From Nitrosopumilus sp. (GTDB taxonomy: Archaea > Thermoproteota > Nitrososphaeria > Nitrososphaerales > Nitrosopumilaceae): a stretch of DNA of 64,000 bases. The notes beneath the pieces were generated by a model. The model had not been told where the DNA came from. It worked only from the letters and a program-made list of their open reading frames with translations, and ran no database searches. Positions 52,621 to 63,712 of the stretch are shown here, in pieces. The stretch spans positions 960,001 to 1,024,000 of the forward strand of contig OZ242186.1 in assembly GCA_965205675.1 (NCBI GenBank). Reading direction: 5' to 3'. Position 1 is the first letter of the stretch, and every line of letters starts with the position of its first letter. Position numbers and translations under genes: made by a program.

Positions 52621-52919
52621 ACTATAAGCAAATCCCTTTTTGGTGTCTGGGTTGTCGGCAAGCTAAATCATCTTTTTAAAAAAATCCAAGTATCATACAT
52701 GTCAGCACCTAATGATTTTACCAGCATGCAGTCTATTCCAAGAGTCATATATGCTCAAATTCAATTTTATGGGGATTGTACCGGATATTCCTCAACGCAG
52801 ACAAATTTTCCAATATCTGCATCATCTGTTTTGATGTAAATTACCACATCAGATAACTGGAACAAACAGTCATTGTATATTTCCAGATGGTGCAATTACT
52901 TATCATAAAATCTTGGATG

Positions 52920-54309
52920 GTAACTGTCTAGAGTTTTGAAGTAAAATCTCCAAGATATTCTAAAGAATAATCATGAAAGTTTAATCCTCGTAATCTGCAT
53001 GTCACCTTTATACTCATCAGTATCTTATGAGAATCAGCACCATGAATGGTTCTATGACCGTTTGTAATTTTACGAATTATCACATTTGGTCTGATTGCCC
53101 TCTCTGCTGTGTTATTGTGTGAATCAGTTCCAGTAATTAGGAATATAAAAAGCATTTTTCTCTCACGTTTCAATCTTTTTACAAACCTGATACAGTTTTT
53201 CTCTGTGTATTTTTTTGATATGATGTGATTAATTCTCCTTTCAAGATTCTTTTTTGCATGGATTCTTTCTGATTCTGATTTTATTTTTGCCACACCATGA
53301 GAGTCATAAATTATTTTCTTGAGATTCTTGGCAAATGGTGCAAATTCTGGTCCGGGATTCTTGTGATTAATGGTATCATTAACCTCTCTGAGATAATGGA
53401 TGTGACATTTCTGGTGAGTGCTTCCAACATGGTTCCATGCAGGGTACGAATCACTTGTAATGTTGCCATCATATCCCTTGAGAATTCTCTTGGGAACATC
53501 CATTGAACGTGATTTGTCAATCTCGTAAATTACAGTCCATTTACTCACAAATGCCCACAACCAGTGGTTCTGGCCATCTATCCTCCAACTTGTCTCATCA
53601 CCATGTATGTTTAGATCTTCTTTTAACTCTACAATCATTGTATCATATCTGCTCCCAAATGCTTTTGATACTATTGATACTGCATGATTAATTGCAGATT
53701 CTGTAATGTGCAGTGAGAAGAGCATCTGCAAAAGATGAGATATTTTACCATACGATAATCCGATAGTTTTCAGTGATATGATTAGCACCATGAGCCTAAT
53801 CCCAAATCTCTCATTGGGTAGCGCAGTGTGAATGTTACCCGAGATTTGTTTTTTGCAGTTTGTGCAGTATCGTCTAACTATCGTATATTTTGTCACAACT
53901 GCTTTTGCAGGAATGATGTCTTCTACTATTCTGGTGTATGAATCAGTTGGTTCTGAGAGTGATTTGCCACATGTGTTGCACTCTTTTTGGTCAACTGTAA
54001 TGGCATCATCAATGTGTGCCCGTCTGCTTCTGCTTTTTCTAGGATGTCTTGATGTTTTCTTCTTTTTTGCAGTTTCAGTCTTGTTTGGTTTTGCTTTGAT
54101 ATTTCTTGCAACAAGTGTAGACACTGTTTGTTTTAGTTCTGCAATTTCTCTGTGTAACTGACGGTTTTCTTGCTCCAGCGAGCGACATCTGTTACGATAA
54201 TATTCCAGCTCATCATATACTGACAATTGTATATTGTAATTTGTCACTGATCAGAAAAGATATAGATAAAAAATATTAAAGAAAGTACTTCAAAACTCTA
54301 GACAGTTAC
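52920..54309 (-). mobile_element. IS66-family element (copy 5)
   Basis: TIRs; 8-bp TSD CTTGGATG. Confidence 0.96.
52928..54247 (-). CDS. IS66 transposase (439-aa variant)
   Basis: Same variant as copy 2. Confidence 0.95.
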   Translation of the reverse strand: MTNYNIQLSVYDELEYYRNRCRSLEQENRQLHREIAELKQTVSTLVARNIKAKPNKTETAKKKKTSRHPRKSRSRRAHIDDAITVDQKECNTCGKSLSEPTDSYTRIVEDIIPAKAVVTKYTIVRRYCTNCKKQISGNIHTALPNERFGIRLMVLIISLKTIGLSYGKISHLLQMLFSLHITESAINHAVSIVSKAFGSRYDTMIVELKEDLNIHGDETSWRIDGQNHWLWAFVSKWTVIYEIDKSRSMDVPKRILKGYDGNITSDSYPAWNHVGSTHQKCHIHYLREVNDTINHKNPGPEFAPFAKNLKKIIYDSHGVAKIKSESERIHAKKNLERRINHIISKKYTEKNCIRFVKRLKRERKMLFIFLITGTDSHNNTAERAIRPNVIIRKITNGHRTIHGADSHKILMSIKVTCRLRGLNFHDYSLEYLGDFTSKL

Positions 54310-54359
54310 CTTGGATGAGGATTCCAAGCAACAATACGTTTCATTATTTTCTTTTGACT

Positions 54360-54724
54360 AAGGGTACCGATGATAAATTATTCAAGGTTTACAGACTAAC
54401 TCGGAATTCCAAACAGAAGAACCATTGACAGACGATTTCAAGTTCTGCCAATTGGCGATATCGTTAGGACAATGGAAAGTTGGTTTGTATTAGAGAAACT
54501 AGTCGATGACGTATCTGCATCAGTGGATAGTTCCATGCTAAAAGCTGCAGGATTCAGTATGGCACAAATCAGATATGAAAAAGAATAAAATTCCAATCTC
54601 AGGAATTGACACTGATTGTTCAATGGGGTTTTTCAAAATCAAAGGGTCAGATATTTGGGTACAAACTATACATGAGTTGTAGTACTGGCAAACTAGTTGT
54701 TCCTTTATCTGTTGATGTCTCAAC
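54360..54724 (+). pseudogene. Degenerate DDE transposase fragment (IS5/IS982-like)
   Basis: IPNRRTIDRRF...SVDSSMLKA...WHKSDMKK...GIDTD...FGYKL across frameshifts. Confidence 0.55.
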
Positions 54725-55639
54725 TAGACCTCTTGCGTAATTAGACATATTTTACCATATTACACAAATTCCTTCACAGCAAGATCCAAAGCTAAGAACA
54801 ACTTAACACATTTCATGTTAACATACAAGCAACTCTCAAAAAAGCCAAAATCCCTTCTCTCTTTTACTGGAGTGACCAGGCAGCACTTTGATGTGATTCT
54901 AAAGGATGTCAGAAAGAATCACCGTATAGAAGAAAAGAAGAGACTATCCAAAGCAAAGAGAAAAAGAAGTATCGGAGCTGGGCGAAAGTTTGATTTGAGT
55001 CTTGAAGACCAGCTTGTAATGTTGTTTGTTTACTATCGGATGTACCTGACATGTGAATTGACAGGATATATGTTTGGATTAGACCAGAGCAACGTCTACA
55101 GAAACATCAGATATTTAGAGCCTGCAGTAAGAAAAACAGTTCCTATTCCTGCAAAACTATACTCTGATTCTAAAAAGATAAATGATGTACAGCAACTCCA
55201 ACTGTTCTTTCCTGAATTAATTGCAATGACTGATGGTACTGAACAACCAATCCCAAGACCCCAGAACAAAAAGAAAAGAAAGACTCACTATTCAGGCAAA
55301 AAGAAAAAACACACAATAAAAAACCAAATCACCATAAACCAGAAAGGTGAGATAATCCACAAACCCCCACATTCTCCAGGTAAAAAACATGATTATGCCA
55401 TACTGAAAATCAGACATCCAGAACTGCCCGAAGATGTGATGATATCTTATGACCTTGGGTATTTGGGAGTGGAAAAAGATTTCCCAGAACAGACAAGCAT
55501 TCTACCATACAAGAAAAAGAAAGGAAAAAAACTGACCATACATCAAAAGGAATGGAACAAGATACAGTCAAGAATCCGAATAAAAGTAGAACATATTATC
55601 TCTCAAATCAAAAAGTTTAGGATTAATTCTGAGACATTT
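54725..55639 (+). mobile_element. IS5-family (ISL2-like) element, 3' end truncated by IS3
   Basis: Left TIR TAGACCTCTTGCGTAATT; ORF 54815-55657 with FTGVT, DGTEQPIPRP, YSGKKKKHT, DLGYLG, RIKVEH. Confidence 0.85.
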
Positions 55640-56360
55640 TGGTCTGGTCCCCTCTAGAGTAGGACCGGTAGCATACATACACTTTTCAGATAACTTGGGA
55701 GGCTTACCCTCATGGTAAAGAGCAAATTCACATCAGCAGAAAAGTCAAGAGTGGTTTTAGAGTCACTAAACACAAACATTGCAACTGCAGAGTTGTGCAG
55801 AAAGTACAATATTCATCCACAGACATTCTACCAATGGAGGGAACGATTTGTAGAAGGTGGCAAGGCATCATTAAATGGCACACCAAACGGAGATGTCTGC
55901 AAGAATCTGCAAAAGGAAAATGATTCCCCCAAAAAACTAATCGGCGAGATCACAATTGCCAATGACATTTTAAAAAAAACGTTGGAGAACCAGAAAAGAT
56001 GACTGCAGTGAATCAACTGAACAAACACATCAGTTTGAACAAGTCATTGTTATTAATTGGAGTCTCAAAATCCAAATGGTATTACTCAAAGTCACCAAGA
56101 AGGATTCAGACAGATCCTGCAGTAACTGATGTAGTTCAAAAGATTGGAAAACAAAGGCCAACTTATGGAACCAGACGCATGGCATCCCAAGTCTCAAGGG
56201 AACTGAACAAGCCTGTAAACAGAAAACAAATCAGAAGAATATTTCACAAATTGGGCTGGATTGAGCCTAAAAAGACCAAAAATGACATCATCAAATCTGC
56301 CAGAACATTATTCAAGCCTGATGCACCAAACCAGTTGTGGCAGACAGACATCACATATGT
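55640..56360 (+). mobile_element. IS3 element copy 2, truncated in orfB
   Basis: Left end TGGTCTGGTCCCCTCTAGAG; orfA 55712-56002; orfB homology stops after WQTDITYV. Confidence 0.9.
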
Positions 56361-56614
56361 TGGTCTGGACCCCTCTAGAGTAGGACCGGTAGCATACATA
56401 CACTTTTCAGATAACTTGGGAGGTTTACTTTCAGGGTAAAGAGCAAGTTTACATCAGCAGAGAAATCAAGAATTGTATTAGAATCCCTCAACACCAACAT
56501 CAGTACTGCAGAATTATGCAGAAAGTACAACATCCATCCACAGACATTTTACCAGTGGAAAGAACGATTTGTAGAAGGCATCATTAAATGGCACACCAAA
56601 TGATGATGTTTGTA
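56361..56614 (+). mobile_element. IS3 left-end/orfA remnant (diverged)
   Basis: TGGTCTGGACCCCTCTAGAGTAGGACC followed by degenerate orfA lacking ATG. Confidence 0.8.
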
Positions 56615-56972
56615 ATTTTGAAAGAGGTAATTCATATACACTCTCAGCAACTTCCATACGTTTGATTTTCTAGTTGTATATTTAATATTTTTTTGTTCTA
56701 TATTTTTTATAGTAAAAAATCATACACTGAAATTCTGTCCAATCAGGATTATTGTTTTGTAGAGTTTTACCGTTGTCAACCTAGGTTGTTTATTTCAGAG
56801 AAGAGGATAGTTATTGATTGAAATTAGTGAGGGTTTAGAACTTCGAGTTTACAAAAAATGGAATCAGAAGATTCATCATAAACCATACGTAAAAGTTTGT
56901 TTTTAGGTTTAATTGGAAATATTCTTTCTTGTGATGGCACATGACCTGAATTAGTTGCTTTTCTCTGAATTA

Positions 56973-58118
56973 TAGTTAAGGCATTAAATATTTGAACACT
57001 TTAACAACTCGAACCGCTCCATTGTCTAGTCTCTTCTGCATGTGTTTTCTCATTTCAGTTCCATTTGCAAAGAATGTATTGGCATTACCATTTTTCTCTT
57101 CTCTCCACTGTATCTCAATTGGATTGAGTTCTGGAGTGTATGCAGGAAAATATCTAATTATTACTTTATTTTTTGGTGCTTTGAGAAATTCTTTTACTCG
57201 GACACTTTTGTGGTATGATGCATTATCTGCAAACAGTAACAATTTCTTACCAAATTGTTTTTGCAGTGATTCTAAAAAATCAAGAAATGAGTCTGTGTTT
57301 GATTTATCATAGAACCTGCAAAAAAATACACCGTTATTGCCCAATGCACCAAATGATTGAAATTTTTCTCGAGTGTAATTAATTGGTGTGGTAATGTTAT
57401 TGCCTGCAAGATACCATCCGCGCTTTATGTTGGGTGCTACTTTATTTGTTGACTCGTCCAGACATAGTGTGGTGTATCCCAATTTGGAATATTTTTTGAT
57501 ACTCCTTTTTGCGTTTTTTTAAAACGGGTTTGTTCCTCTTTTGAGGCTGATTTGTGATGAGTCTGTCTTGGTTTTTTAGATGAGAATCCGATTCTGTGCA
57601 GCAATTCACGCATTCCTCTTGCAGAGTATAGCGTGTTGTATTTTTTATTCACATGTGTAATTACCATTCTTGTACTCCACATGAATTGATTGAATCCAAA
57701 CTTTTCTGGACCTGAAATTAGATCACCTCTTAATGACACTAGTTGTTTTTTATTTAAGAAACATCTAGAGCCAGAATATTTCTTGCGGCGTGATGCAGTT
57801 ATTCCCTCTTTATCCATTCGATTTAGCCAGTAGGACAGAGTTGATGGTATGACATCCAAACTGGCACATATCACAGAATACGGAATATCTTGTTTTCTTA
57901 GTATTGCAGCCTTTAATCTTATCTTCGCTTTTGCATTTTTTTCATTCTGGCATGTTTTTCTTAAAAAATTAATGCTTGTTCCTTTCATGAAATGGCTTCC
58001 TGAAGATACCATTAATGCTTTAGTTTGTTTTGACATGATTCTGTAAGTATAAACTATGATCTAGATCTTTTGGGTTAAAATAGTTGATAATTCGTTCAAA
58101 ATTTATATGCCTAAACTA
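56973..58118 (-). mobile_element. IS630-family element type A (copy 2)
   Basis: Same TIRs and TA duplication as 883-2028; ORFs 57437-58036 and 56976-57482. Confidence 0.95.
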
Positions 58119-58384
58119 TATGTGTTGCCAAAAAGAATCCATTTGAACATGAGCAGAATAATAAAGTAAAGTGCCTATTTTTTGTAAGGCACGTTCATCT
58201 GATGCACTAATTGATATGCTTGTCAACGTTATCTAATAAATCTGAAAAACAATCTCCCTTTATTAGATCTTCTTGCTTTACAAATTGCTCCTTTAGTTTT
58301 TCTACTTCTTCTTGTGATAACAGTTTGGTTTGTGATAGAATATCATCCATATGATTTACACAAAATATTTAGTTATTAAATCTA

Positions 58385-58597
58385 TGGTCTAGACCACTCT
58401 AGAGTAGGACCAGTCCCACACATACACTTTTCAGATAACTTGGGAGGTTTACTTTCATGGTAAAGAGCAAGTTTACATCAGCAGAAAAGTCAGGAGGGGT
58501 TTTAGAGTCACTAAACACCAACATCAGTATTGCAGAATTATGCAGAAAGTACAACATCCATCCACAGACATTTTACCAATGGAAAGAACGATTTGTA
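58385..58597 (+). mobile_element. IS3 left-end/orfA remnant
   Basis: TGGTCTAGACCACTCTAGAGTAGGACC plus MVKSKFTSAEK fragment cut at TA. Confidence 0.8.
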
Positions 58598-58745
58598 TAG
58601 CGACGATCAAAAGTTCGTGAACATTTTTGCAGGATTTCCAAAGATATAATTTGTAACATCAAGCTTGAATCTTGCTACTCTAAAATATTTTGACACTGCA
58701 TCATTTATCGTAAACATTGCATAATATTCTGATACCAACAACGCA
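58598..58745 (-). mobile_element. IS630 3'-end remnant (fourth type), TIR related to the 130-bp MITE
   Basis: Reverse strand reads KYFRVARFKLDVTNYIF, like other IS630 C-termini; end TAGCGACGATCAAAAGTTCGTGAAC. Confidence 0.6.
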
Positions 58746-58747
58746 TA

Positions 58748-58876
58748 TAGCGAAAAGACAAGTTCGTGAACTAAATAATTTCAAAAACTAGAAATTAGTT
58801 GATCTTACCTATAGGTAAATACGAATAAACAAATTGAAACACCTAAAAACAACTCATGAACTCATGCTTCTCGCTA
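58748..58876. mobile_element. 130-bp MITE, copy 2
   Basis: Diverged inverted copy of 21629-21758, TA on both sides. Confidence 0.85.
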
Positions 58877-59154
58877 TATATGCTAGATGAGTGCGTAATA
58901 ATATCTAGGCACAGATTTTATAGTTGGTTTTTTAAAATATTCCTAATAATTTAGATTTTCAAGCATGAATTTTGATAAAATCAAAAATATTGCAAAAAAT
59001 ATCTAATTCCACAACTTGTCTGCTCTCTAGTAAAATTAATGTCGAAATCAGTTTCATCTGTTTTGTAACATATTATTTTCGCAAGAACTGTGTATTTGAA
59101 ACAATACTATTTTGTTTTGTCAATCTAAATAAATGGGTCAGATTAATCTACAAT

Positions 59155-60207
59155 ATGAAGAAAGTTTTTGTTAATGGCTATGGCTCTATTGGAAGTAGAA
59201 TTGTTTCATTTCTAAAAGACGATCCTGAAATTACAATTATTGGAATTGGCAAATATTCTCCAGACGAGAAAGTCAGTGAAGCAATCTCTAAAAAACTAGA
59301 CGTATATGTTCCAGAATCAAAACTAAATGCTTTTTCAGATTATAAAATTGCAGGATCTATTGAATTTGCATTAGACAGTTCAGATTTAGTCATTGATGCT
59401 TCTCCTGGAGGATGTGGTTACAAAAATAAAAAAAATCTTTATGAACCAAAAAACATTCCTGCAATTTACCAGGGTGGAGAATCTATAACGGACTCTAAAT
59501 CAGTTTCTGACTTGTTGTTTAATTCTAGAGCAAATTATGATCAGGCATTAGGAAAACATCATGTCATGCAAGGCAGCTGTAATGTAACAGGCATGGGTAG
59601 AATTTTAGAGCCGTTACGTGATCATTTCGGCGATCAACTAGCTAGATTTGATGTAACTCTAGTAAGGCGTTGGGCAGATATTGACCAAACAGAAAAAAAA
59701 CTTTCAGACACTATCGAAATGACTGAAAAACCTCATCATGGTGATGATGTCAAACTATACTTTGGAAAAGATGTGCCCCTTTATGTACGTGCAATCAAAG
59801 TTCCTACAAGACAAATGCATTTACACATTATGGATATAAGATTCAAAGATATTGCTCCAAAACCTTCAGAAATTCACGACATCTTTACAAATGAATTCGG
59901 TGTTGCAACTCTGTGGACTTGTAAAGGAACCAAAGATGTGAGAGATTATGCTCAAAATATGGGATTTAATTTTACTGATACTAACATGATCCACATTCAT
60001 GCAAACATGACTACATCCATCGGAGATACTGTCCAGATGATGTATTCTGATGATCAGACAGGAATTGTGATTCCTGAAAATCACATGCTAATGCAAGCAA
60101 TGCTGTTTAAAAAATCTTACAAAGATGCATTTACTCATACTGAATCAATATTTCACATGATTGAGAAAAAACAAAAAATACAAGAGCACTTTGCCAGATC
60201 TAATTAA
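59155..60207 (+). CDS. gap: Glyceraldehyde-3-phosphate dehydrogenase, archaeal type II
   Basis: VFVNGYGSIG, YQGGE, GSCNVTG, VRRWAD, HHGDDV, IVIPEN; ATG at 59155. Confidence 0.93.
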   Translation: MKKVFVNGYGSIGSRIVSFLKDDPEITIIGIGKYSPDEKVSEAISKKLDVYVPESKLNAFSDYKIAGSIEFALDSSDLVIDASPGGCGYKNKKNLYEPKNIPAIYQGGESITDSKSVSDLLFNSRANYDQALGKHHVMQGSCNVTGMGRILEPLRDHFGDQLARFDVTLVRRWADIDQTEKKLSDTIEMTEKPHHGDDVKLYFGKDVPLYVRAIKVPTRQMHLHIMDIRFKDIAPKPSEIHDIFTNEFGVATLWTCKGTKDVRDYAQNMGFNFTDTNMIHIHANMTTSIGDTVQMMYSDDQTGIVIPENHMLMQAMLFKKSYKDAFTHTESIFHMIEKKQKIQEHFARSN

Positions 60208-61457
60208 TTTTTTATTTTTTCAATTCTAATTTTTCTTGGGATGTTTTTTATAACTTTTTCCACAATTATTCGTAATTCATCCACTTCTACTTTATCTCCT
60301 TCCTGCGGTATGTCTTGTAATCTCTCATGTAACAATCCATTTAGTGATGCATAATCATCCCCTTCTGGAACTCTTGTTTTAAAAATTTCATTGATTTTAT
60401 CTATCTCGATATCGCCATTTGTGATGATTGTGTTCTGATCAATTTTTTCATATCCTGCATGTCTTGTCAAATCTGTTTCATCTTCAATCTCTCCAACTAT
60501 TTCTTCTAAAAGATCTTCTAATGTCACTAATCCTTCTACTCCCCCATGTTCATCTACCACTATGGCCATGTGTGTTTTTCTTCCTTTCATTTCTTTTAAC
60601 AGTGCACTGACCATTTTCTCTTGAGATGCAAAGACGGGGTTTCTTGCAATTTTCTCAAGACTGGTCATTTTGTTGTCTTTTTCTAATTCTTTGAGAACGT
60701 CTCGGACATGAATAAATCCAACAATATCGTCACTAGTTTGTCCATAAATTGGAATTCTTGAATGTCCGCTTTGATTGATTTGAGGCAGTGCCTCAAAAAG
60801 TAACATTTTGGAATTTAATGAGAACATTTTTGTTCTTGGAGTCATGACTGAACGAATTACTGTGTCATCAAATTTTAAAGCACCATGGACTAACTCCATC
60901 TCATCTTTTTCTAACGCTTTTTCCTCTAATCCTTGATCAATAACTCCTTTGATCTCTTCTTCTGTAATTGGCGGTGGTGTAGAACTGCTTCCAGTTATTT
61001 TGACGACGCCTTTGGTAATAATTTCAAAAAATTTCACTACTGGATAAAATGCATAACTAAACCCAAGTAATACTGGAGCATATCTTAATGCAATTTTTGT
61101 TGAATTTGCATTACAGTATGTTTTTGGAGTAATTTCACCAAACACTAGAATCAAAAATGTCATGATTCCTATTGCAATCCCTAATCCATCATCACCAAAT
61201 AATCTGATTGCTAAACTTGTTGCAAGAGCTGATGCGCCAACATTTACCAAGTTATTGCCCAGATTTACACTTGACATCATCCAACTTGGATTCATTTTTA
61301 ATTTGTGTAATGCCTTAGAACCTTTTTTACCATCATTAAATAGCTGAACGACTTTAGATTTTCTTACTCCTACTAGTGCAACTTCTAATCCACTGAAAAA
61401 TCCAGATAATCCAATAAGTACAGATAAAGAGGCAATCTCAATCCATAAATCTACCAT
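60204..61457 (-). CDS. CNNM/HlyC-CorC family membrane protein (DUF21-CBS-CorC)
   Basis: LSGFFSGLEVAL, GNNLVN, FGEITPK, VMTPR, HSRIP, VVDEHGGVEGLVTLEDLLEEIVGEI. Confidence 0.95.
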   Translation of the reverse strand: MVDLWIEIASLSVLIGLSGFFSGLEVALVGVRKSKVVQLFNDGKKGSKALHKLKMNPSWMMSSVNLGNNLVNVGASALATSLAIRLFGDDGLGIAIGIMTFLILVFGEITPKTYCNANSTKIALRYAPVLLGFSYAFYPVVKFFEIITKGVVKITGSSSTPPPITEEEIKGVIDQGLEEKALEKDEMELVHGALKFDDTVIRSVMTPRTKMFSLNSKMLLFEALPQINQSGHSRIPIYGQTSDDIVGFIHVRDVLKELEKDNKMTSLEKIARNPVFASQEKMVSALLKEMKGRKTHMAIVVDEHGGVEGLVTLEDLLEEIVGEIEDETDLTRHAGYEKIDQNTIITNGDIEIDKINEIFKTRVPEGDDYASLNGLLHERLQDIPQEGDKVEVDELRIIVEKVIKNIPRKIRIEKIKN

Positions 61458-61597
61458 GATTTTCTCCCAGAAAATTTCTTAGAACAACTGTAACAATTAC
61501 TCATTTAGCTTTTTTGCACCATCTTTTGGTTGCATTTGTTTTGCAAAACATGGATTTAACTCTTAAGATAGAAAATCCCCAAGAGCCTAAATTAAGG

Positions 61598-62935
61598 CTA
61601 ATTTTTAGGTGGAATTGCAAATTTATTCTCAGAATTTCGATGATAATCTACGGGTATCATTGCATCTTTTTGTCTACCTGTAAGTATTCCTACAACAACA
61701 TCATCTTTTTTGATAATACCTTCACTTACTAATTTTTTAATACCCACAACTGATGCGCCTGATGCCATTTCACAGTCAAATCCATTTAGGCCTACAACAG
61801 ACATTCCATCTAACATTTCAGAATCAGACACTGTTGTTGCCACTCCATTTGTAAATTCTAATGCACGTAAACCTTTTAAAATATTTGCAGGCCTGCCAAT
61901 CTGTATTGCAGTAGCTTTAGTTTTTGGTCTTAATCTTTCTTTGTCTAAATGATCATAATATCTAGAAATTAATTCGGTGTTTGGATTACCTTTATTCCAT
62001 CGCAATTCCTCATTTTCAAATTCGCCATTATACAAATCAGATAACGTACTTGCTCCTTCTGAATTAATTACTGCAATTCTTGGAATTTTTTTAATCCATC
62101 CCCATTCATACAATTCCATTAATGCTTTACCGCAGCTTGATGTATTTCCTAAAGCTCCTCCAGGATAGACAATCCAGTCGGGCACTTCCCAATCCAAATA
62201 TTCTAATGCCCTAAACGGAATTGTTTTTTGTCCTTCAATTCGGAATGGATTAACAGAGTTTACGGTATATCCATCATGATTTTGTGCATCATCTAATGAT
62301 TGTTCTAATGCATCATCAAAATTACCGTCCACTTCTATAATTTGTGCACCAAATTGATATGCTTGACTAAGTTTTCCGGGAGCTATCTGACCTGCTGGAA
62401 TATACACATCACAATTAATTCCATCATTTGCTGCAAACATACCTGCTGATGCAGATGTATTTCCAGTTGATGCACAAACAATTTTTTTTGCACCTACCAT
62501 CTTTGCATGAGTTACAGCAGTTGCCATCCCATTATCTTTGAATGAACCACTAGGATTGTATCCTTCTGGTTGTAACCACAAATTATTATTTGAAATATTG
62601 ATAAATTCTGCAACCTTTGACATTTGATATGGTTTTGATTGTCTTCCTTCTGCGCCATCCAAAGAAACTAAATTCTTCGAACACTCTTCAAGATTTTCAG
62701 TATCTATTTGACAGAAATTTAACAATTCCCTAAATCGCCATACCCCACTTTCATTGAATATGCTGCCTTCAGAATTTCGTCTTTTGTAAAAGACGTCTTT
62801 AAGCGATGTTGATGGTTTATTCTTATATTTTACATCTAATAGATGGCCTCTCTTGCATTGTACAATTGTCTTCTCAATTGGGTATTCTAATCCACATTGT
62901 GAATCAACACATTTGAGATAAGCATCTCCTTGCAT
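61598..62935 (-). CDS. thrC: Threonine synthase
   Basis: GVWRF, NPSGSFKDNG, CASTGNTSAS, NSVNPFRIEGQKT. Confidence 0.95.
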   Translation of the reverse strand: MQGDAYLKCVDSQCGLEYPIEKTIVQCKRGHLLDVKYKNKPSTSLKDVFYKRRNSEGSIFNESGVWRFRELLNFCQIDTENLEECSKNLVSLDGAEGRQSKPYQMSKVAEFINISNNNLWLQPEGYNPSGSFKDNGMATAVTHAKMVGAKKIVCASTGNTSASAGMFAANDGINCDVYIPAGQIAPGKLSQAYQFGAQIIEVDGNFDDALEQSLDDAQNHDGYTVNSVNPFRIEGQKTIPFRALEYLDWEVPDWIVYPGGALGNTSSCGKALMELYEWGWIKKIPRIAVINSEGASTLSDLYNGEFENEELRWNKGNPNTELISRYYDHLDKERLRPKTKATAIQIGRPANILKGLRALEFTNGVATTVSDSEMLDGMSVVGLNGFDCEMASGASVVGIKKLVSEGIIKKDDVVVGILTGRQKDAMIPVDYHRNSENKFAIPPKN

Positions 62936-63040
62936 CGTAATTACAGATAATTGGTGATAATTTAAAGGAAATACTGTAAAAATTGTTCGAGTTTAGATGT
63001 TTTTGCTAAACTTTAGATTAGATGTATGTAAATTGTATCT

Positions 63041-63415
63041 GTGGTCACATATAATGAACATCTACAGAAAATTCTTTCCCAAACTCTTGATTCATACAAC
63101 AATCTTAAAGAAATTCAAGGTAAGCCCGAAGATCTTAATACAATCAAGTTAGAAATGCTGAAAATTAATGGCTTTCTTAAAGTAATCACTAACAATATTG
63201 ATGAATACAAAATTACATTGTCGGACTTTAAAAAATTAAAATCTAAATTTAATCATTATTTAGAAAATTATTTTTTTGAAAAAGAGATTGAGACGATGGC
63301 TCCATTGTATGCAAATGATATGCACCGAATAAAAAATATAAAATTTAAAATTATTGAGGCCCTAGAAGATAAAAAAATGATTGAGGATATTGAGGATTTA
63401 ATAGAAAAACTATGA
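63041..63415 (+). CDS. Hypothetical protein
   Basis: 124-aa helical ORF. Confidence 0.7.
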   Translation: MVTYNEHLQKILSQTLDSYNNLKEIQGKPEDLNTIKLEMLKINGFLKVITNNIDEYKITLSDFKKLKSKFNHYLENYFFEKEIETMAPLYANDMHRIKNIKFKIIEALEDKKMIEDIEDLIEKL

Positions 63416-63527
63416 CGGATAAAAAATGTATTATTTGTGGATGTCATGATCATAAATTTTTTGGCTGTAATCGACACATGTCAAAAAAATGTAGTTGTTA
63501 TGACAATGATAATTAATTTTAAAAATA

Positions 63528-63644
63528 TTATTTGCGCTTAGGCCCTGATCTTTCGTGGAAATTTAAACAACATTTGCATTCTTTTTCTCGACATTCTGTT
63601 TCACTATGGTGTCCGCATATACCACATTCGCAGCTGTTTGACAT
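63528..63644 (-). CDS. 38-aa Cys/His-rich peptide (metallothionein-like)
   Basis: Manual translation MSNSCECGICGHHSETECREKECKCCLNFHERSGPKRK*; below the ORF-track cut-off. Confidence 0.6.
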   Translation of the reverse strand: MSNSCECGICGHHSETECREKECKCCLNFHERSGPKRK

Positions 63645-63712
63645 GATATTGATTAATTGATTCAGAATATAATTTATTCACCAATTTTTTATGAGTTTAA
63701 GGTCAAAATGGA

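Noticed and set aside
58972-59154. N-terminal extension of GAPDH (and similarly of TrpE at 44474-44560)
   Set aside because: Low-complexity upstream read-through; the conserved N-terminal motifs begin at 59155 and 44473.
16-63477. Numerous 60-115 aa antisense or alternate-frame ORFs overlapping transposases and core genes
   Set aside because: Shadow ORFs with no motifs; their recurrence only reflects repeated IS copies.
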